From the NCBI RefSeq assembly GCF_030144855.1, contig NC_082739.1:44082001-44146000 (forward strand): a stretch of DNA of 64,000 nt, read 5' to 3'. A model generated the notes under the pieces. It saw nothing but the letters and a program-made list of their open reading frames with translations. It had not been told where the DNA came from and made no database searches. This stretch comes from Hypanus sabinus (taxonomy: Eukaryota). Of this stretch, positions 62,440-64,000 are shown one piece after another (position 1 is the stretch's first letter; every line of letters starts with the position of its first letter). A program made the translations under genes and the position numbers.

Positions 62440-63175
62440 ATGCTGTATACTGCATCCGATGCTCCCAGTGAGGCCTTTTATATATTGGTGAGACCCGACG
62501 CAGACTGGGAGACCGTTTCGCTGAACACCTACGCTCTGTCCGCCAGAGAAAGCAGGATCTCCCAGTGGCCACACATTTTAATTCTACATCCCATTCTCAT
62601 TCTGATATCTCTATCCTTGGTCTTCTCTACTGTCAAGATGAAGCCACACTCAGGTTGGAGGAACAACACCTTATGTTCCCTCTGGGTAGCCTCCAACGTG
62701 ATGGCATGAACACTGATTTCTCTAACTTCCGTTAATGCCCCTCCTCTCCTTCTTACCCCATCCCTAATTTATTTATTTTCCCCCCTCCCTTTTTTTTCTC
62801 TCTCTCTGCCCATTACTTTTTGCCTGTTCTCCATCTCCCTCTGGTGCTGCCCTGCCCCTTTCTCTCTCCCTAGGCCTCCCGTTCCATGATCCTTTCCCTT
62901 CTCCAGCTCTGTATCCCTTTTGCCAATCACCTTTCCAGCTCTTAGCTTTATCCCTCCCCCTCCAGTCTTCTCCTATCATTTCACATTTCCCCCTCCCCCA
63001 ACAACTTTCAAATCTCTTACTAGCTTTTTTTTCAGTTAGTCCTGACGAAGGGTCTCGGCCTGAAACATTGACAGTGCTTCTCCCTATAGATGCTGCCTGG
63101 CCTGCTGCGTTCCACCAGCATTTTGTGTGTGTTGCTTGAATTTCTAGCATCTGCAGATTTCCTCGTGTTTGCGTT
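62440..63175 (+). mobile_element. Penelope-like element 3' end (GIY-YIG plus terminal repeat)
   Basis: CIRCSQ..LYIGETRRRLGDRFAEHLRSVRQRKQDLPVATHFN...LEEQHL; terminal repeat at 63035-63175. Confidence 0.92.
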
Positions 63176-63689
63176 AGATACAAGTTTATATGTGTTGACC
63201 TGCACTTGTTGAAAACTTGCGTCGTAATGCAGATACTTCAAGCTGAAAAGACATTCAGCTGAGGTCAACACTTCTGAGACTTGTAATCATACAAATTCAG
63301 AGGAAGCAACATTACCACATGTTTATGTACTTATATCAATCACGTGAGAGCATATGTTATGATAACATAACCCTAACCAATGCTTTGCTGATTGCAGCTT
63401 TAAAATGCAGGATGCCAACAATTCTACCCATTCATGGAAAACATGTTAAGTTTAGTCAACAGAACTTAAATTCATGCATGGGAAATTTACGCTGCGGAAT
63501 TTCCAGTCACGTAAAGGTAAATGTTGTCAAAATCTGCAAGTTCAGAATTCTTCAAAGTTGAAGCCTCTCTATTTGTAACTGATTTCTTCTCTACTGTCGT
63601 CATTGATTGGAAATTGATATTGTATTTTGTAAGGAGATAGCTTGTGCCAGGATATGTTACTTATTTCACCCAGCTTGTTTCACGCCACT

Positions 63690-63965
63690 TTCACTGGAGG
63701 GTCAAGGGGTATTAATTACAAAATAAGGGGCCAGTCATTTAAAAATGAGATGTGTAGACACTTCTCTCAGATAGTAGTGATTCTCTGGAATTCTCTGCAC
63801 AGAAGATGGCAGAGGGCAGATCATTCAATATTTTTAAAGGGAACGACATAACTATCTGAAAGATTGAGGAATGGAGGGCTATGGGGAAACTGACACAGAA
63901 GAGGAGTTGAGGCTACTGGAGATCATCCATGATCATATTGAATAGTGGGGCCAAGTGGCCTATTC
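63690..63965 (+). mobile_element. CR1 3' end
   Basis: KIRGQSFKNEMCRHFSQIVVILWNSL. Confidence 0.75.
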
Positions 63966-64000
63966 CAGCTCCTGTTTTCTTTTGTTCTTCTTCCTGCTCT

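Overview
Vertebrate genomic DNA, not prokaryotic. The repeat spectrum (CR1, Rex-Babar, Penelope-like GIY-YIG elements, tRNA-derived SINEs) points to a cartilaginous fish, probably a ray; this is an inference. Well over half of the window is decayed transposable element sequence. One host gene can be reconstructed on the minus strand: a type I immunoglobulin-superfamily receptor with exons V (J-like GQGT motif in the same exon, 10143-10490), C1-set (4746-5072), C2/I-set (1683-2003) and transmembrane (352-429). All have canonical AG/GT sites and phase-1 junctions, and they splice into one open frame. A candidate leader exon lies at 24710-24791. The cytoplasmic tail lies outside the window. The best-delimited mobile elements are: a solo LTR with a GTAAG target-site duplication whose interior has expanded into a ~5 kb G-rich minisatellite (41466-46610); a four-level CR1>Gypsy>Tc1>non-LTR nest (31.2-36.9 kb); a fossil chromovirus (20.2-24.2 kb); a CpG-rich, apparently young hAT element with an 8-bp TSD (48585-49385); and Penelope-like elements whose termini carry decayed minimal hammerhead-ribozyme motifs. 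All family assignments come from motif recognition by eye. No database searches were run.
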